A DNA stretch of 64,000 bases from Lama glama (Eukaryota): contig CM052837.1 in NCBI GenBank assembly GCA_028534125.1, forward strand, positions 37,448,001 to 37,512,000, in the 5' to 3' direction. The notes under the pieces are model-generated. The model made no database searches, was not told the DNA's origin, and worked only from the letters and a program-made list of their open reading frames with translations. How positions within the stretch are numbered: the stretch's first letter is position 1; the number at the start of each line of letters is the position of its first letter. Positions 48,525 through 61,039 of this stretch are shown here, piece after piece. Made by a program: the position numbers and the translations under genes.

Positions 48525-50690
48525 AAGACGCGGCTCGCGGCGGACCCTGCTCCCTCCGCGCGCCCCGTCCGCTCCGCGCGCCCCTCGCCGCTCTGCGCGC
48601 CCCGTCCCCTCCGCGCTCCTCTAGCCGCCCGGCCTTGAGGCCCCCGAGCTCGGATCAACCAGTAATTAAAATGGAGACGAGGCTGGTGCCTGGCTTTAGG
48701 GGTAGACAATGACCCCCAAGGCCCGGCGGGGCGCGGGGACCCGCCGCGCCCACCTCCCGCAGTTCCGACTCTTGGCAAACTCGGCGCGGGCGGCTCCGGG
48801 TGCGGCTCGGCGGCGCGGGAGGGGGGCAAGCAGGGAGGCGCGGGCGGGGGGCGCCAGGACGCCCCCGGGCTGCCTCCTGGGGACGGCGTTGACGCAGCAG
48901 AAATTACCAGCTGGAAAATTCCCCTTTCGGAGGTGACGGGGGAGGAACCGCGGCGGCGGTGGCGGCGGCAGGAGGCGCCGAGGGATAGGGGGCGCGGGGC
49001 AGCCCCGTCGCCGCCTCCGCCTCCGCGCTCAGCCCCGCGGGGACCCCGCGTCTCCCTCGCCCGCCCCGCCCAGCCGCGCCACCCAAGCACGGGTACCGGC
49101 GGGGGCCAGGCCGGGGTCGCTATCGCCACCCCGGGAGCCGCAGCCGGGCGCGCCGATCGCCGCCGGGAGGGCGCCCCCGCGGGGCGGGGCGCGGCGGGGC
49201 GCGCGGGGCGGGCGGCGGGGGCGCGCCCCGGCTCGGAGTGGCCCCGGCCAGGAGCGGCCCGGCCGGCTCGAGCCCCGGCCCCGCTGCGATGTGCCAGCCC
49301 GGCCGCGGACAATGAGCCGGCGCCGCTTACCTGTGACCCCATGGGGCGCGGGCGCGGGCAGGCGCCGCGGCCGCCAGACCAGCGCCGGTGATCGCCGCGG
49401 CCGCAGGGCGAGCGCTGCGTCCGGGCGGGTCCGAGCTGCGCGCTCGCCTCGGTTGCTGTGTCCGTCTGTCCGTCCGTCCGTCCGTCAGGCCGGCGCGCGC
49501 CCCCGCGCCGCTCCAACCCCCCGGCCCCCGCCGCCCGCGCGCGCGCCCCGCCGGCGGACCCTGACCCCGCCCCCCGGCGCGCGCCCGGCCGCTGCTGATT
49601 GGCCCGCGCACTGGCCCCGGCCCCCGGCCACCGCCCCGGGCCCCGCCCCGCCGGCCCGGCCGCTGCCCCGCCCCTCGGTCGGCCGGCTCCGCTCGCGGGG
49701 TGGAGGGGGCCGCGGCGGGGGTCGGTTCGCCTCCGCCCCCCCGTGGGCGGCCGGACAGCGGAAGCGCGGGCTAGAGCTCGCTGGGCATTGTGGGAAGCCC
49801 CTCCGCGGGGCTGGCGGGGGGCGGGGGCGGCGCGGCGTGGGGTCTCCGGGCGCCGGTGCCCCTTCCCACGGGGACCCAGCCCCCGGGAGACCACCCGATG
49901 GGAGATGCGGGTCGAGGCGAGGGCACCGCAACGCCTGCCTGGACTGCGCACCCTGGCTTGCCCGCGCGGCTGTTCCTCTGGGACGCGAGGGTCCCGGGAC
50001 CACAGGCCGTCCCCGCACCCCGACGCGCAGTCGCGCCGCGCGCCTCTCGCAAACTTCGCGCCTTCCCCGCCGGTTATGCAGGCAGCGCGCTGTGCAACCA
50101 ACAAGCGCTCCCACGGCACCCAGGGGCTCGGGGCCGCGCTGTCGAGGGACCTCAGCGCGCCCAGGGAGAAGTGCACCTCGGGGCGCGGGCCACGGGATAG
50201 TGCCTGGCACTGGGGCTTGGGTTTGGCCAACTTAGGAGAACCGGCGGCAGCGCTCGTCGGTCCTTCCCGCTGCGTCGTTTGTCCGCTGTGGGTGAGGGTT
50301 CCCGCGAAGGAGCGGGAAGCCAGCGGCCTGGGCCTTGCCCCGCTTCTCCCGCAAGCGATCTCGAATCCTGCTGCCCGAGATGGGCCCTGCCCGTCCCTTC
50401 TTGCCCTTGCTTTCCTCGAGTCCTCGGGGCGGGCAGAATAGGAAGATGGGAAGCTGGCCCCGCATTCCTGGCTGGCCTGTGCGGGGGCAAAGGCCACCTC
50501 GCTTCCTCTCCCGGGCGCGACGGTGGGAAGGGAGGTGAGCCTGTGGCTGGCTAGCCGCGCAGGGGAGTCGAGCACGAGCGGGCCATCCAATGGGGAGGCG
50601 CCGCGGACCGTCTGCGCCCTACCTCCCTGCGGGCCCAGCGCCGCGGAATTCCTCGGGAGGTGGGAGGTGGCGGGCATTACGGACGCTTTC
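48525..50690. promoter_or_regulatory. CpG island, ZBTB46 promoter (probably bidirectional)
   Basis: About 2.1 kb of very high GC and CpG density, with multiple GGGGCGG GC boxes and a CCAAT box (GGCCAATCAG on the minus strand; ATTGG at 49598-49602). No TATA box evident. Confidence 0.92.
49331..49520 (-). other. ZBTB46: ZBTB46 non-coding first exon (5' boundary approximate)
   Basis: Consensus donor CAG|gtaagc (GT at 49330-49329) in the core of the CpG island, downstream of CCAAT and GC boxes. Contains a short (GGAC/AGAC)n run at 49461-49486. Confidence 0.75.
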
Positions 50691-51714
50691 TCAGGATGTG
50701 TGAGGAGGCATTCACTGGGCTGCAGTGGGAGTGCAGGCTAGGGGGGTTGGGGAATTCTCCTTGAGTGAACGAGGGCGGCCGCGGTCTGGCAGCCAGCGAT
50801 GAAAGGCTGGGACACTCCCTCACTGCAGCCGGCGCCTGGAAATGGCTGTGCAGACACCCTCACCCTACTCCCTTACCGCTGCCTGGGCCGGCGTCGCTGG
50901 CTCAGGAGCCCCCTCCCAAGCCTTTCCCCTGGAGGACCCTCTCTGTCACACCTCCCTGGTCTGGAACCACAGGCCCCATTCTCCTTGGCCCTGGCAGGTG
51001 GGGGCTGGGCACAGCCACCCTCAGTAGTGGCTGCCTCTAGCCCTCCAGGAGGGTTTGACAGGTCACTCTGTTTTCCCTTGAAGGGGACAGAGGATGCTCC
51101 CTACAGAAGTTCCCCCCACACACAGACCTAGGCAGACCACTCCTCTGATGGCTACCCTCCCCCCTCAGAGACTGCCCCCGTCTCCCCCAAGGTGGTTCAA
51201 CCCCCAGACACTCTCCAAGGAGAACAGCACTGCTAGGAAGCCATGTCCATCGTCTGTGCGGGAACAGAGATCTGCTAAAGACTGCCTTGGTGGAGTACCC
51301 AGTGGTGCTCACTCGTTGCTCATGAGGCCTGCCCATGAGAACATAGTCTTTGTTTCGCTGGTACCAGGGCCCACCCCACCTGCTAGCCTCAGGCTTCTGG
51401 TCTTGGTAGAAAGCCTTGCTGAGGTCTGGGGTGAGTCCCTGGGGCCCTGGGACTCTCTCCACATTCCCCCACCCTGCATGATGATGAATCCAACACCCCC
51501 TTCCCCAGCAGCCCTGCCAGTGACCGGGGACTGAGATGCCCATCTTTTCTGCTCCAAGAACCAACAGAAGGGCAAGCAGCCTGAAGATGAAGCTGATTGA
51601 CCAGAAGGGCAGAACCAAGAACCATCTCAGAGAGCCCTGATCAAGCCGAGCCTGAAACTGAAGGCCACCCACCTCCAGAGAGTGATGGTTCTGGGAGCTA
51701 ATAGTCCCCTGTCA

Positions 51715-51797
51715 GAAAGAAAGAAAAGGAAGAAGGAAGGAAGAAAGAGAACAGAAGGAAAGAAAAGAGGAAAGAAAGGAGCCAGCAGCAGCAGCAG
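51715..51797 (+). repeat. Purine (GA)-rich tract followed by (CAG)5
   Basis: GAAAGAAAGAAAAGGAAGAAGGAAGGAAGAAAG...; CAG x5 at 51783-51797. Confidence 0.9.
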
Positions 51798-54700
51798 CTG
51801 TGGCCTCTCAGCGAGCCCAGAGAAGAGGAGGATCATGTAGCTGGACTCCCTGGAGCCAGCTCGGTGCGTCTGCTGTGATAGGGAGATGTTGGCTGCACAG
51901 ACCCAGGGGCCCCACGTTCATCGGTGCCCAGGATTGGACTCACAGCAGGCAGACACCAGGCTAGGTCAAAAAGCCTCCACTGTTGCTGGGGTCCTCTGGA
52001 CCCTGGTGCTGGGACATGCCCTGCACCTCAGCCCTGAGGCCTGGCGCAGACGCCAGGAGGGATCTGCCGCCTGACAACCTTTAGTGGGTCCTTCACTGTC
52101 TGTAGAAGGGTGGCCTCCGTGTGGACAGCTCTGCCCCAGAGGTGGCTCTGGGAATAGGTGAGGACCAACAGTATGGGGTCGGCCTCAGTGATACTCTTTG
52201 ACCAGGGCACCCAGTGTCCAGAGCCAGTGAAGCCAGCAGAGGGATGTCTGGGAGGGCCTGGGGAGTAAGGTGCCTGAGATGGCCCATAAACCAGCTGTGG
52301 TCCCTGCCCTCGCTGCACTGGTGGACAAGATAGGTGAACAACGAATGGTCAGGGTTCTGCGCTGGTCCTTGTGGTGGTGGTTCTGGAATTCACCCCCAGC
52401 CACGTGTGTGAGCATGTCTGAAGCCTGCCCAAGAGGCACCTTGAGGCCATGAGGGGCTGGGGGCCTGGAGAGTGAGCTGCCCTGAAGCCAGGACTGGGGA
52501 CTTGGGGGCCAAGGTGCAGAAGCCTTCCAGGTCCACAGAGGCACTTGCTGATGGCCGGCCTTCTGGGCACGCTGCCCCTGCTCCCACTTACAGATGCCTT
52601 GAAGGGCATTCTCAGTTCAGAGAGCTGTGTGGTTAGCAGGGCCCCCCAAAAGTCCTTGCATAGCCCCTGCACCATATGCTCAGCCAGCCCTCCACCTGCC
52701 CTCCACCCTCACTGTGTGGCTTCAGGGGCAGAGTTGCTGGAGGGGATGCTCTGATACCAAGAGACCAGGGGACCCCCCCCCTTCAGGCCCCAGTCTGCTC
52801 CTATGAGGCTGAGCCCAGGAGGAGCTTTGGGAAGAAGATGAGAGGGACAAGAAGCATCCCTTTGCATCTTCCTTCCCCGTGTCCCCGTGGGTAACCCCCT
52901 TATCAGGGCCCTCTCCACCCCGCCTCCTTTCTCCAAGGCCACGTTTCCCCATCTACCCCAGCGGGTTCTCCAGGGCTGTCTTCCTGGCAATCACTGGTCA
53001 GGAGACCTGCCTGTTTATCCTCCAGCCAGTGGTGTTGCTCAGCCGTCCCCATGGCAACAGCCCTGGGAGTCCTGCCCCTCCCAGGAAACTGCCCAGAACC
53101 TGTCCCTGCCCTTTCCAAGCCCCTGCTGGAAGCACCGGGAGGGAGAGAGGCCGAGGGCAAGGCAGGAGATCCAGGCCTGAGGATGTCTGGGCTGCGCAGC
53201 AAGAACTGACCTCTGCTTGTCACCCTGGGCTCTGCGGATGGACCAGAGGCCACCCCGGGCTGCAGCAGAGCCCCACCCAAGGGCTGGGGGGCCGCCTCCC
53301 TGAGACTAGAGCCAGGCAGGACCTCCTCCCAGGCCTGGCTTGGCCACGTCCGGTGCCAGCTGGCCCTGCCCTCCTGCTGGGCCTCCCCGAGACCTCCCTC
53401 CAGAGCCAGAGGCTACCTGCCAACCCCATGGCTGCCCCACCCCAACTGTCCTCCGGGCCTGCACCCCTGCCAAGCCCCACTGCCGCTCCAGCTGCCACCG
53501 CCAACTGTCGCCCCGTTCCATTCCAAGTGCTCACCCCCAACCGTCCTTCCAAAATGCCACTGCCAACTGCCAGCCCCCTTCCTTCCTGAGCCCCAGCTCC
53601 CAGCTGCACCCCCTAAACCCTGCACCAGGGCTCTGCATTCCAGACCATCTCTCCAAAGAGAGGCTGTGCCACACCTGCCATGTGCCCGGGAAGGGCTGGT
53701 GTCAGAGGGCAGGGCAGAAGGCTGGAGGAGGAGCCGGGGGCTGAGGGCTTGGAGGATGGGGCAGAAGCCGGGGAGGAAGCAGAGGGCAGAGCCACCGTCC
53801 TGCCAGCTGCAAGGCCAGGCCGCCAGCGCAGGGTGGGGAGGGAGGCCAGGTCCAGCCTACGCAGGCCCGGGTTGAGGGGCTGTGGGCAGAGCTGGAGCCT
53901 GTTCCTGGGGCTCTGTGAACAGCTTGGCCTGACCACCTACCTTGGCCTGTCCTGGCCACTTTGCCACACTCCCCACCAGGCCTCTCTTGGGGCCACCAGC
54001 TTTCCCCAGCCCCAGGCAGGCTAGCCCTCGGGCCTCCACTGTCTGAGGCCAGTCTAAGCTCAGAGGGTGGCACGGGGCTCCCTCACTGGGCCAGCCAGTT
54101 CCTTTGTCTTCTCACCCTGCAGTGAGAAGGGTCCTCTGGTGGTCCCAGACTTCGCCTTGCCACCCCCTCTTCCTTCCTGAATCCCCCTTTCCCTGTTTAT
54201 CCTGTGGTCCTTGTGGAGGCTTCATCTGAAGATGCTCCCCTCCTCCCCGCCCCCACCCCGCATCTGGTCTCCACAGCCTCGGCTTCCCCTGAGCGCACAG
54301 CAGGCACCCTATCCAACTGGCACCTCATCTGGCCCTGGGAGGAAAGGGGAGCCAGGGCCCGGCTGAGCCAGGAGGCAATACTGCCTGCCACAGGTGTGGG
54401 CCTAGGGCTGTAATTCCATCTCAGGCGGGCTCTGGAAACTGGGAGGCCACAGGGGACCAGGCAGTCAGCACTGGAGCAGGGCAGGGGGGCCGGGGGCCTC
54501 CGTCCCCGCTGGGGGAGTGCAGCTGCTCCCCAGGGCCACGGCTACCACAGCTCGCGTTGCAGGAGCTGGTGATTGCTGCAGATAGTCACAGCAGGGAAGG
54601 GGACACCGGGCTCTCCCCAGCATCCTGCGAGGTCAGGATGCGAATGCGTGCACTGGAGGCTATGTCACCAGAGCCTGATCGAGCACCGTCCTGGGAGGAA

Positions 54701-55249
54701 AGGGGGACGGGCACGTTCCCTGAGCCCCTCCTCTGTGCAGGAGTCTCCCAACGTGGCATGGCCCGATGGGGCAGGGCTTGCCCAGGGTCACCTGGCCCAC
54801 TTATTGTGCTAGGGGATGGGAGGAGGAGGAGGAAACGGAGGTGATGGGGGGGCTCTGTCCTGCAAGGTCCAGGCCCTGCCCCCACCAGAGGAGGGTTTTC
54901 AGGGTCCCCTAGGCGGGCTTGGAGGGGCCTGGGCCGTGTAACCCTGCCTGCTGCCTTGACTCAGCCATGTACCATCCGCTCGCTCACCCCACAGCTCTCA
55001 TGGAGCATATGGAACCTGCCACATGCCGGGATGGCCTAAGTCTGGAAAGCAAGACAAAATTCCTCACATTCTGGGACAGAGCCAGCGATGAACAGGTCAG
55101 CCAGGAGACCAACTAGAGCCTCCCGATGGCAAAATGGACCCGAGAAGATGGCTCCACGGAGAAAGGACTGACACCAGGGCCAAGGCAGGGAAGACACAGG
55201 GCAAGTGTGTAGCAGTGCTGGTGGAATGGGGCAGGACACAGGACACAGG

Positions 55250-55900
55250 AGCTGATGGCCAGAGCTGGGACCACCTGAGCATCACAGTAACATTATGCTG
55301 GATGTCACACAAAGTATGAAGCTGTCCCCACGAGGGCGTGCCGACATGAATGCCCAACAGGAGGACTCCAAGGGGCACCCTCCAGGAGGTGGAGGGGAAC
55401 CCCACACACATCCTGAGAGTGGGCACCCCTGAATAAGAAAGCGAAAAGGGAAAGGGAGGGGCTTTACCATGGAGGAAACTGGCAGGCAGCACCCTCTCCG
55501 GTGACCAAGTGAGCGTCACCAGGGATGTCACGGGACGTCAGTCCCCTGGTGGGATGTGACGGATGAGAAGGGCACCTCTCCTCTGCTTGTTCTTCCCCAA
55601 ATTCATGACCCAGGTCTAATCGTGAGAAAACACATCAGAGAAACCCAGACGGAGGGACATTCTGCAAACACCTGACCGGTTCCCCTCAAAACTGCCGAGG
55701 CCATGAAACAAGGGACATCTGAGAAATGGTCCCAGCCCAGGAGTCTGAGGAGACGGGCCAACTCTGCAATGGGGTGCCCCAGGTTGGGTCCTGGAGTGGG
55801 AGAGGGACACGGGTGGAAAAACTGGTGAAATCCAAACAGGGTCTGGGCTGCACTTGAGAAAGCTGCCTTGGTGATGCTCACTGATAACTTAGGGGGGCCT
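55250..55900 (+). mobile_element. L1MC-like 3' UTR fragment
   Basis: TTCTTCCCCAAA.TCATGACCC..GTCTAATC.TGAGAAAACA.ATCAGA.AAACCCA...GAGGGACATTCTGCAAA...CTCAAAACTG. Confidence 0.7.
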
Positions 55901-58109
55901 GAGCTGAGTGAGGGGCACACAGGGGCTCTCAGGACTTCCAAGTGTCCCCACCTCTCCAGATACCTAAAACCCTTCCAAAATAAAAGGACCCAACCAACCA
56001 GTGGAACAAACCTCCTCCCTCCGGACAAGGGCTCGGTCCTCGTTCTCACTTCCGAAGGAGTGGCCTCAGGCACTCCCCTCTCCTGCTCACTGAGGTATCC
56101 AGTGTCGCCTAGGCAGGGGCCAGGGCAGAGCCCCACCCTCAGAACGCTTGGGCCCTGGGGGGTCCGACAAGCCGTGCCTGGAGGGCCACCCTGGTCCTGG
56201 CTTCAGCTTGGTCTCCTTCTCCAGCCAGCCTCAATCTCAGACCCCTACTAGTCCACCAGCACTCTCCTCACCTCAGCTGAGGGTGGGGACACTAGGGTCC
56301 ATTCTCTGGGACCCATTCTTCAGGTCCCCACTAAGATGGAGCAAGATGACCTCCACCCCTGCCCAGGTGAGGTCAGCCTCTAATGGACCCTCCCCCACCC
56401 CCACACAGCTCGATAGTGAAGCCAGCCCCACCCCAGCTGGTGACGCTCCTTCCTGGGAGGCCCCACACAGCTCAGCCTGCAGGTCAGCCCAGCCTGGGGG
56501 AGAGGGAGCATCCGAGACTAAGCAGAATAAGCCTCTCCAGCCACTGCTGGTGCCTGGGGCACCCCCGGACCACTCAGCCTGCTCAGATGGCCTCTGCCCC
56601 GTCCCTTACCACCCCCGCCCCCAGACGCATACCTGCTTTGGAAGAGAGAGACTGCTGGTGAGGGGGCACCATGCCCACCCTCAACTTCACCCAACACCAG
56701 CTTCACAGGCGGGGCCTAGACGCAGCAGCTCTTCCCGCCCCAGGGCCTTTGCACCTGCTGATCCCTCAACCTGGAAAGCCTTTCCTGCTCCTACCACCTG
56801 GTGGTTCTCAGCCACCCCTGAGGACTCACTCCCAACCCTGACCGCCCTGCTGCCAAGACAGCTGCCCATGCTTGCTCGGGGAGGGGGCCCACCCAGATGG
56901 GGCCCTGCTTTGGCCTAATGCCTGCCCCTCTGGAGGGTCCTTCACCCTCTCCCTGTGCTCCACGAAGGCGGGGCCACGTCAGACTCCCTTTTGTGTCCTG
57001 AGTCCTGAGGGCCCAGCCTGGACAGAACTGGGACCACCCCCTGATGTGTGATTTCAGATGGGTCACTTGCTTCCCTGAGCCGCAGTCTGCACCTGAAGAA
57101 CCTACCTGACCAGCAAAGTGAACAAAAAACCAGCCCCAGAAGAAGCTACCTTTCTCATCAGCACCGTTACTTAACAGTCACCAGGGCGAAGCAGCTACGA
57201 TCAAGGGGCCCCGCCAGCGGGGCTGCTGAAGCCAGCTCCTTGGGTGTCCCATGGGCCCTCCTTCCTCTGGGGTCTGGGCTGAGTTGTCCCAGGGTGCGGC
57301 TAGGAGCCGCAGGCAGAGCTGGCAGACTCTGGGAAGGGGCAGTGTTGGAGGAAAGGTCTCTGCATGCTGGGGAGCTGGGCAGCTTCTCATGGTCGCCTGG
57401 TCCAGTATGAGAGAGAGCTGGGGGCAGGTATCCCTCCACTGGGCCCTCACCCCTACACACGCAGGATACATTCAGAGGGAAAACTCTGGGGAGGGCTCTG
57501 GAGGGGGCTTGGGGCCTTGGCCGAGGCCTTGAAAGAAGGGGATGCCCCTGCCTGGAGTGGAGCTGCTGGAAGGAGCCGGAAGGAGCAGCCATCCCACCTG
57601 GTTTGAATGCCACAGCCCCAGAGCTGGCCGGGGTCCGGGCACCTCAGAGCCCCTCTCCCTGTAGTCACGCGGGAGGCTCTGTCGTGCAGGAGTGGTCTTG
57701 CTGCCACGGGCTGCGTGGGGCTCCAGTCCCTCCTCCCACTGGGGGTCCCGGTGCCGGGGTGGTTTACAAAACCAGAGCCTGGAGGCCTTATCAGACCACA
57801 GGTTTTCCTGAGGAAGGAAGGGTGGGTGTGGGCCTCCGGGATGGGGCGCCTCCTCTGGGCGCGCCGGGCCTGGCCGAGGGCACATGGGCGCTGCCCTCCC
57901 GGGGGGGAGGATAGCCTCTCCCTCGGACACCCTACCCTAAGCCCTAGCCCCGCCAAGGACAATCACAAGGAGGGAGAGGCCCAGGCCAGGGCTCGAGTTT
58001 CAGGAACTCTAGGTGCACACGGGAAATTACAGGCAGATTCTAGCCTTTCTGGGAGTGTGCGCAGTGCCCCCGTCAGATTCTCGGAGGGGCCATTCACCCC
58101 GCAGCTCCA

Positions 58110-58530
58110 CTCCTGGGGGGCCCAGTGGAAATATGGACTCACCAAAAACCATGTACCAGAGCATCCAAAGCCACCCTCTTTGTACTAACCCCAAAGTGGA
58201 AAAACCCAAACGCCTACCAGTGCCAGGGCATGAAGTGAGGTGCAGCCTGTTACACAGGGGACACTGGGCAGCCGTGAGGATGGCCCCCTGTGACTCCCAG
58301 CACCACTGCAGACTCGCTCCCATGACAGGCCACCTTCAGAGACAGGTGGGATGGCGGGCCGACGGGATCCAACGTGACGGCCTTTGGAACGTGGGCCCAA
58401 GGGGCCTCTGGGCCGTGTCCTGTCCTCTTGTTCCAGGTGCAGTGACAAGACGCACTCAGTTTATGGAAATTCATTAAATACACACTCAAGGTATGTGCAC
58501 TTCTCAGTTTGCATGTGGTTCTTCAATAAG
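58110..58530 (+). mobile_element. Old L1 3' fragment
   Basis: CAAAGTGGAAAAACCCAAA...TATGTGCACTTCTCAGTTTGCATGT...CTTCAATAA. Confidence 0.5.
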
Positions 58531-59264
58531 AAGCCATATAAAACCCCTAGATCCTCCACTGACCCCTCCCTGAGGAAAGATGGTTCCCCAGGTTGTCTAT
58601 CCTCGCCCCTCCAGCCCCGTGTGACTCCCTGCCTGGGGCCTCCAGGGAAGGCCCCGGGACCCTTTGCTGGGGGGCAGGGAGGGCAGCAGACGGGATGGCA
58701 GCCCTGGGGGATGTGCTGGTGGAGGCCCTGGGGCCCCTCCCACTCTGGGGACTGAGACTCGGGCCAGGCTGACTGCCCAGGGCCTTCTCTGTCTTTCTCA
58801 AGAGTCAGGCCCAGAGGAGCCAGGCAGGGTGGGGGTCCCTGAAGCCTCACAGGTGGGGCCAAACGGATACGGGGTCCGCCCTGCTGGAGCCGGGCTGGCT
58901 GGCCTTGGAGCGCTGGCAAGGGCCTGGGGGACAGCCCGCTGCCTGCTGGGCTGGGGGTGTCTCCCTCCTCCTCCTCCCTCCCCTGCAGGGGCCTCTACCC
59001 CTTCCGCTGCCAGAGGCTGGGGGCTATTTTTAACTCACTGAGCTGCTCCTGCTGAAGGTGGACAGAGCCCTGGGAGGAAGGAGGGCAAGAGAGAAGGCCT
59101 GACAGCTGCCTTCCTGCCCCCACCTCTCCCGGGGTCCCGGCTTTCTCGGGGGACTGGCCATTCTTGATCTTAGAGAGGAACCAGCACACCACCCCACAAA
59201 TATATACATACATGAAGGCCATACAGATACCCCAAGATTCAACCACACGCCTGGGAGTCAGACT

Positions 59265-59304
59265 CACACGCACGCACGCATGCACACACACACATACATG
59301 CATG
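59265..59304. repeat. (CA)/(CGCA) microsatellite
   Basis: CACACGCACGCACGCATGCACACACACACATACATGCATG. Confidence 0.85.
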
Positions 59305-60253
59305 TCCCGGGACCTGCTTAGAAACATACCAGATGCACTGAGACCTGGGAGACAAACCCGGACTCACAGCGATGGCCAGTCAGCCCCATCCCACCTGGAC
59401 ACATGAACACAAGCACGCTGTAGGGCAGAGAGGACCCCGGGGCACACGCATAGATCGTGTGGGGGAGGGGCATGCAGGTGGGGGCACTCGGCCCCTCTGC
59501 CCCTGCCGCCAAGTTCCAGCCCAGTTTCCCTGCAGCCTGCTGGGGCCTGAGCTCCTGGAGGCTCTCAGCACCTTCCCTCTAGAGATTCCCCACCGTGGCC
59601 TCACTCGCCCCCAGATGAGGGGCAGGATTGTGGCAGGAGCCGCCTAGCTTCGCCCCCACATTCCACCCACGCTTTTTCAGGACCGGAAACCAGAGAGAGG
59701 GATGGGGGAGGCGGCCCACGGAGCTGTAGCCTCAGAGCACGCTCAGCCCCATCCCTTCTCTTGCCCTGCTCCCCACTTCCCCTCTCCTCCCCCGCCTTTG
59801 TTCCCTGGAGCAGCTCCTCACCACCCCAGCAAGGAACTGGAGTCTGTCCTGGGAAAGCCCAGGTGCTGGGCTGGGGCCTCTGTCTCCTGCATCTGGGTCT
59901 AGGGGGAGGAGGGAGCTGAGAGTGACAGATGGGGCTCAGACCCATGGGGCGGGGGCGGGCCGGCAGGCTTCCAACTCCTCTCCACCCCACACCCCCACCT
60001 CTGCCCCTGGAGGCCCCGGAGGGATGGAGGAGGGCGGAGAGCCGGCCTGGAGGACAGGACATCCTCTTGGCAGGACACAGGACGCCAGGCCGGAGGTTCC
60101 CAGCCCCAGTCAAGGCCACAGGGGGGAAAAGGTCACTGGGGCCTGGGGCTCACCAGCTCCAAAATGGGCTGGTGCACTGGTAGCTGGTCCAAGCTGCTTC
60201 AAGCAGTGACTTCGGAGAGGACAGCGGAGCCAGCCCCGATGAAACACCCCAGT

Positions 60254-60437
60254 CCCTGACCCCCTCCACCCCACATGGCACCAGCCCCAGGGCCCCCCTC
60301 TCAGGGAGTTCCACACCCTGACCCCCTCCACCCCACATGGCACCAGGCCCGGGGCCCCCTCTCGGGGAGCTCCACACCCTGACCCCCTCCACCCCACATG
60401 GCACCAGCCCCAGGGCCCCCTCTTGGGGAGCTCCACA
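60254..60437. repeat. Minisatellite, 3 x 61-62 bp
   Basis: Unit CCCTGACCCCCTCCACCCCACATGGCACCAG..CC.GGGCCCCC..T..GGGAG.TCCACA starts at 60254, 60316 and 60377. Confidence 0.95.
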
Positions 60438-61039
60438 GAGCACGGGGACCAGCAGGCTGGGGGGTCACTGTCACTTGCACCATGGGGAGCCACCAGCCCA
60501 CAGGTTTGCCTTCACCTCCCCACTCGGGAGCCCCCTCCCCCAGGTGACTCCGGGGGCCACTGCCCTAGAGAACAGACCTCAGACTGGCCCTGGCGTGCCC
60601 TTGCCCAGGACTGGACGCCTAGGGGCAGTCCCTCTGGGTCAAAGGCTTCGGGGACCCCTTGCTCCTGCACGTCTTCCTGCAGCGGGCAGCAGCAGAGCCT
60701 GGCCTTTCCTGAGCTGGCACTGTCGGCCCAGACTGGCTGGGAGTTTTGCTCACTGGCCTGGGAGGTGAGGCTCCCAAGAGGTCACCACATCCAAGCTGCC
60801 CAATCTAGGGTGCCCCCTGGGCTGTGCCTGTTGCCAGTGGTGAGCCCAGACCAGTGCACTCTGCCTGCTGGGGAGGTCGGGCCTGTCCCACCCCTCCTCC
60901 CACACCAGTCTCCTGGCTTCACCCTGACGCCCAGCACTAGTGCTGACTGGTCATCCAGCGGAGCTTCTACCAGTCTGTCCTGGTTACCTGAGTGGGAGAC
61001 AATGTCTCATCTAAAAACAGTCTACAGGGATGAGCTTCC

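Larger units (their letters stand above)
602..49520 (-). other. ZBTB46: ZBTB46 gene span within the window (exons 1-4; final exon lies left of position 1; 5' end approximate)
   Basis: Three coding exons with GT-AG boundaries and compatible phases (1, 1, 0) splice into a BTB-ZF protein I recognise as ZBTB46. A CpG-island first exon with a strong donor lies upstream. Confidence 0.96.

Noticed and set aside
48512-50677. 721-aa minus-strand ORF and overlapping 240-314-aa ORFs
   Set aside because: They coincide with the CpG island, are low-complexity Arg/Gly/Ala/Pro, are open in several frames on both strands and show no domain. This reflects stop-codon scarcity in very GC-rich DNA.
60254-60437. 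Regularly spaced repeats superficially like a CRISPR array
   Set aside because: The whole unit repeats with no unique spacers, the DNA is mammalian and there are no cas genes.
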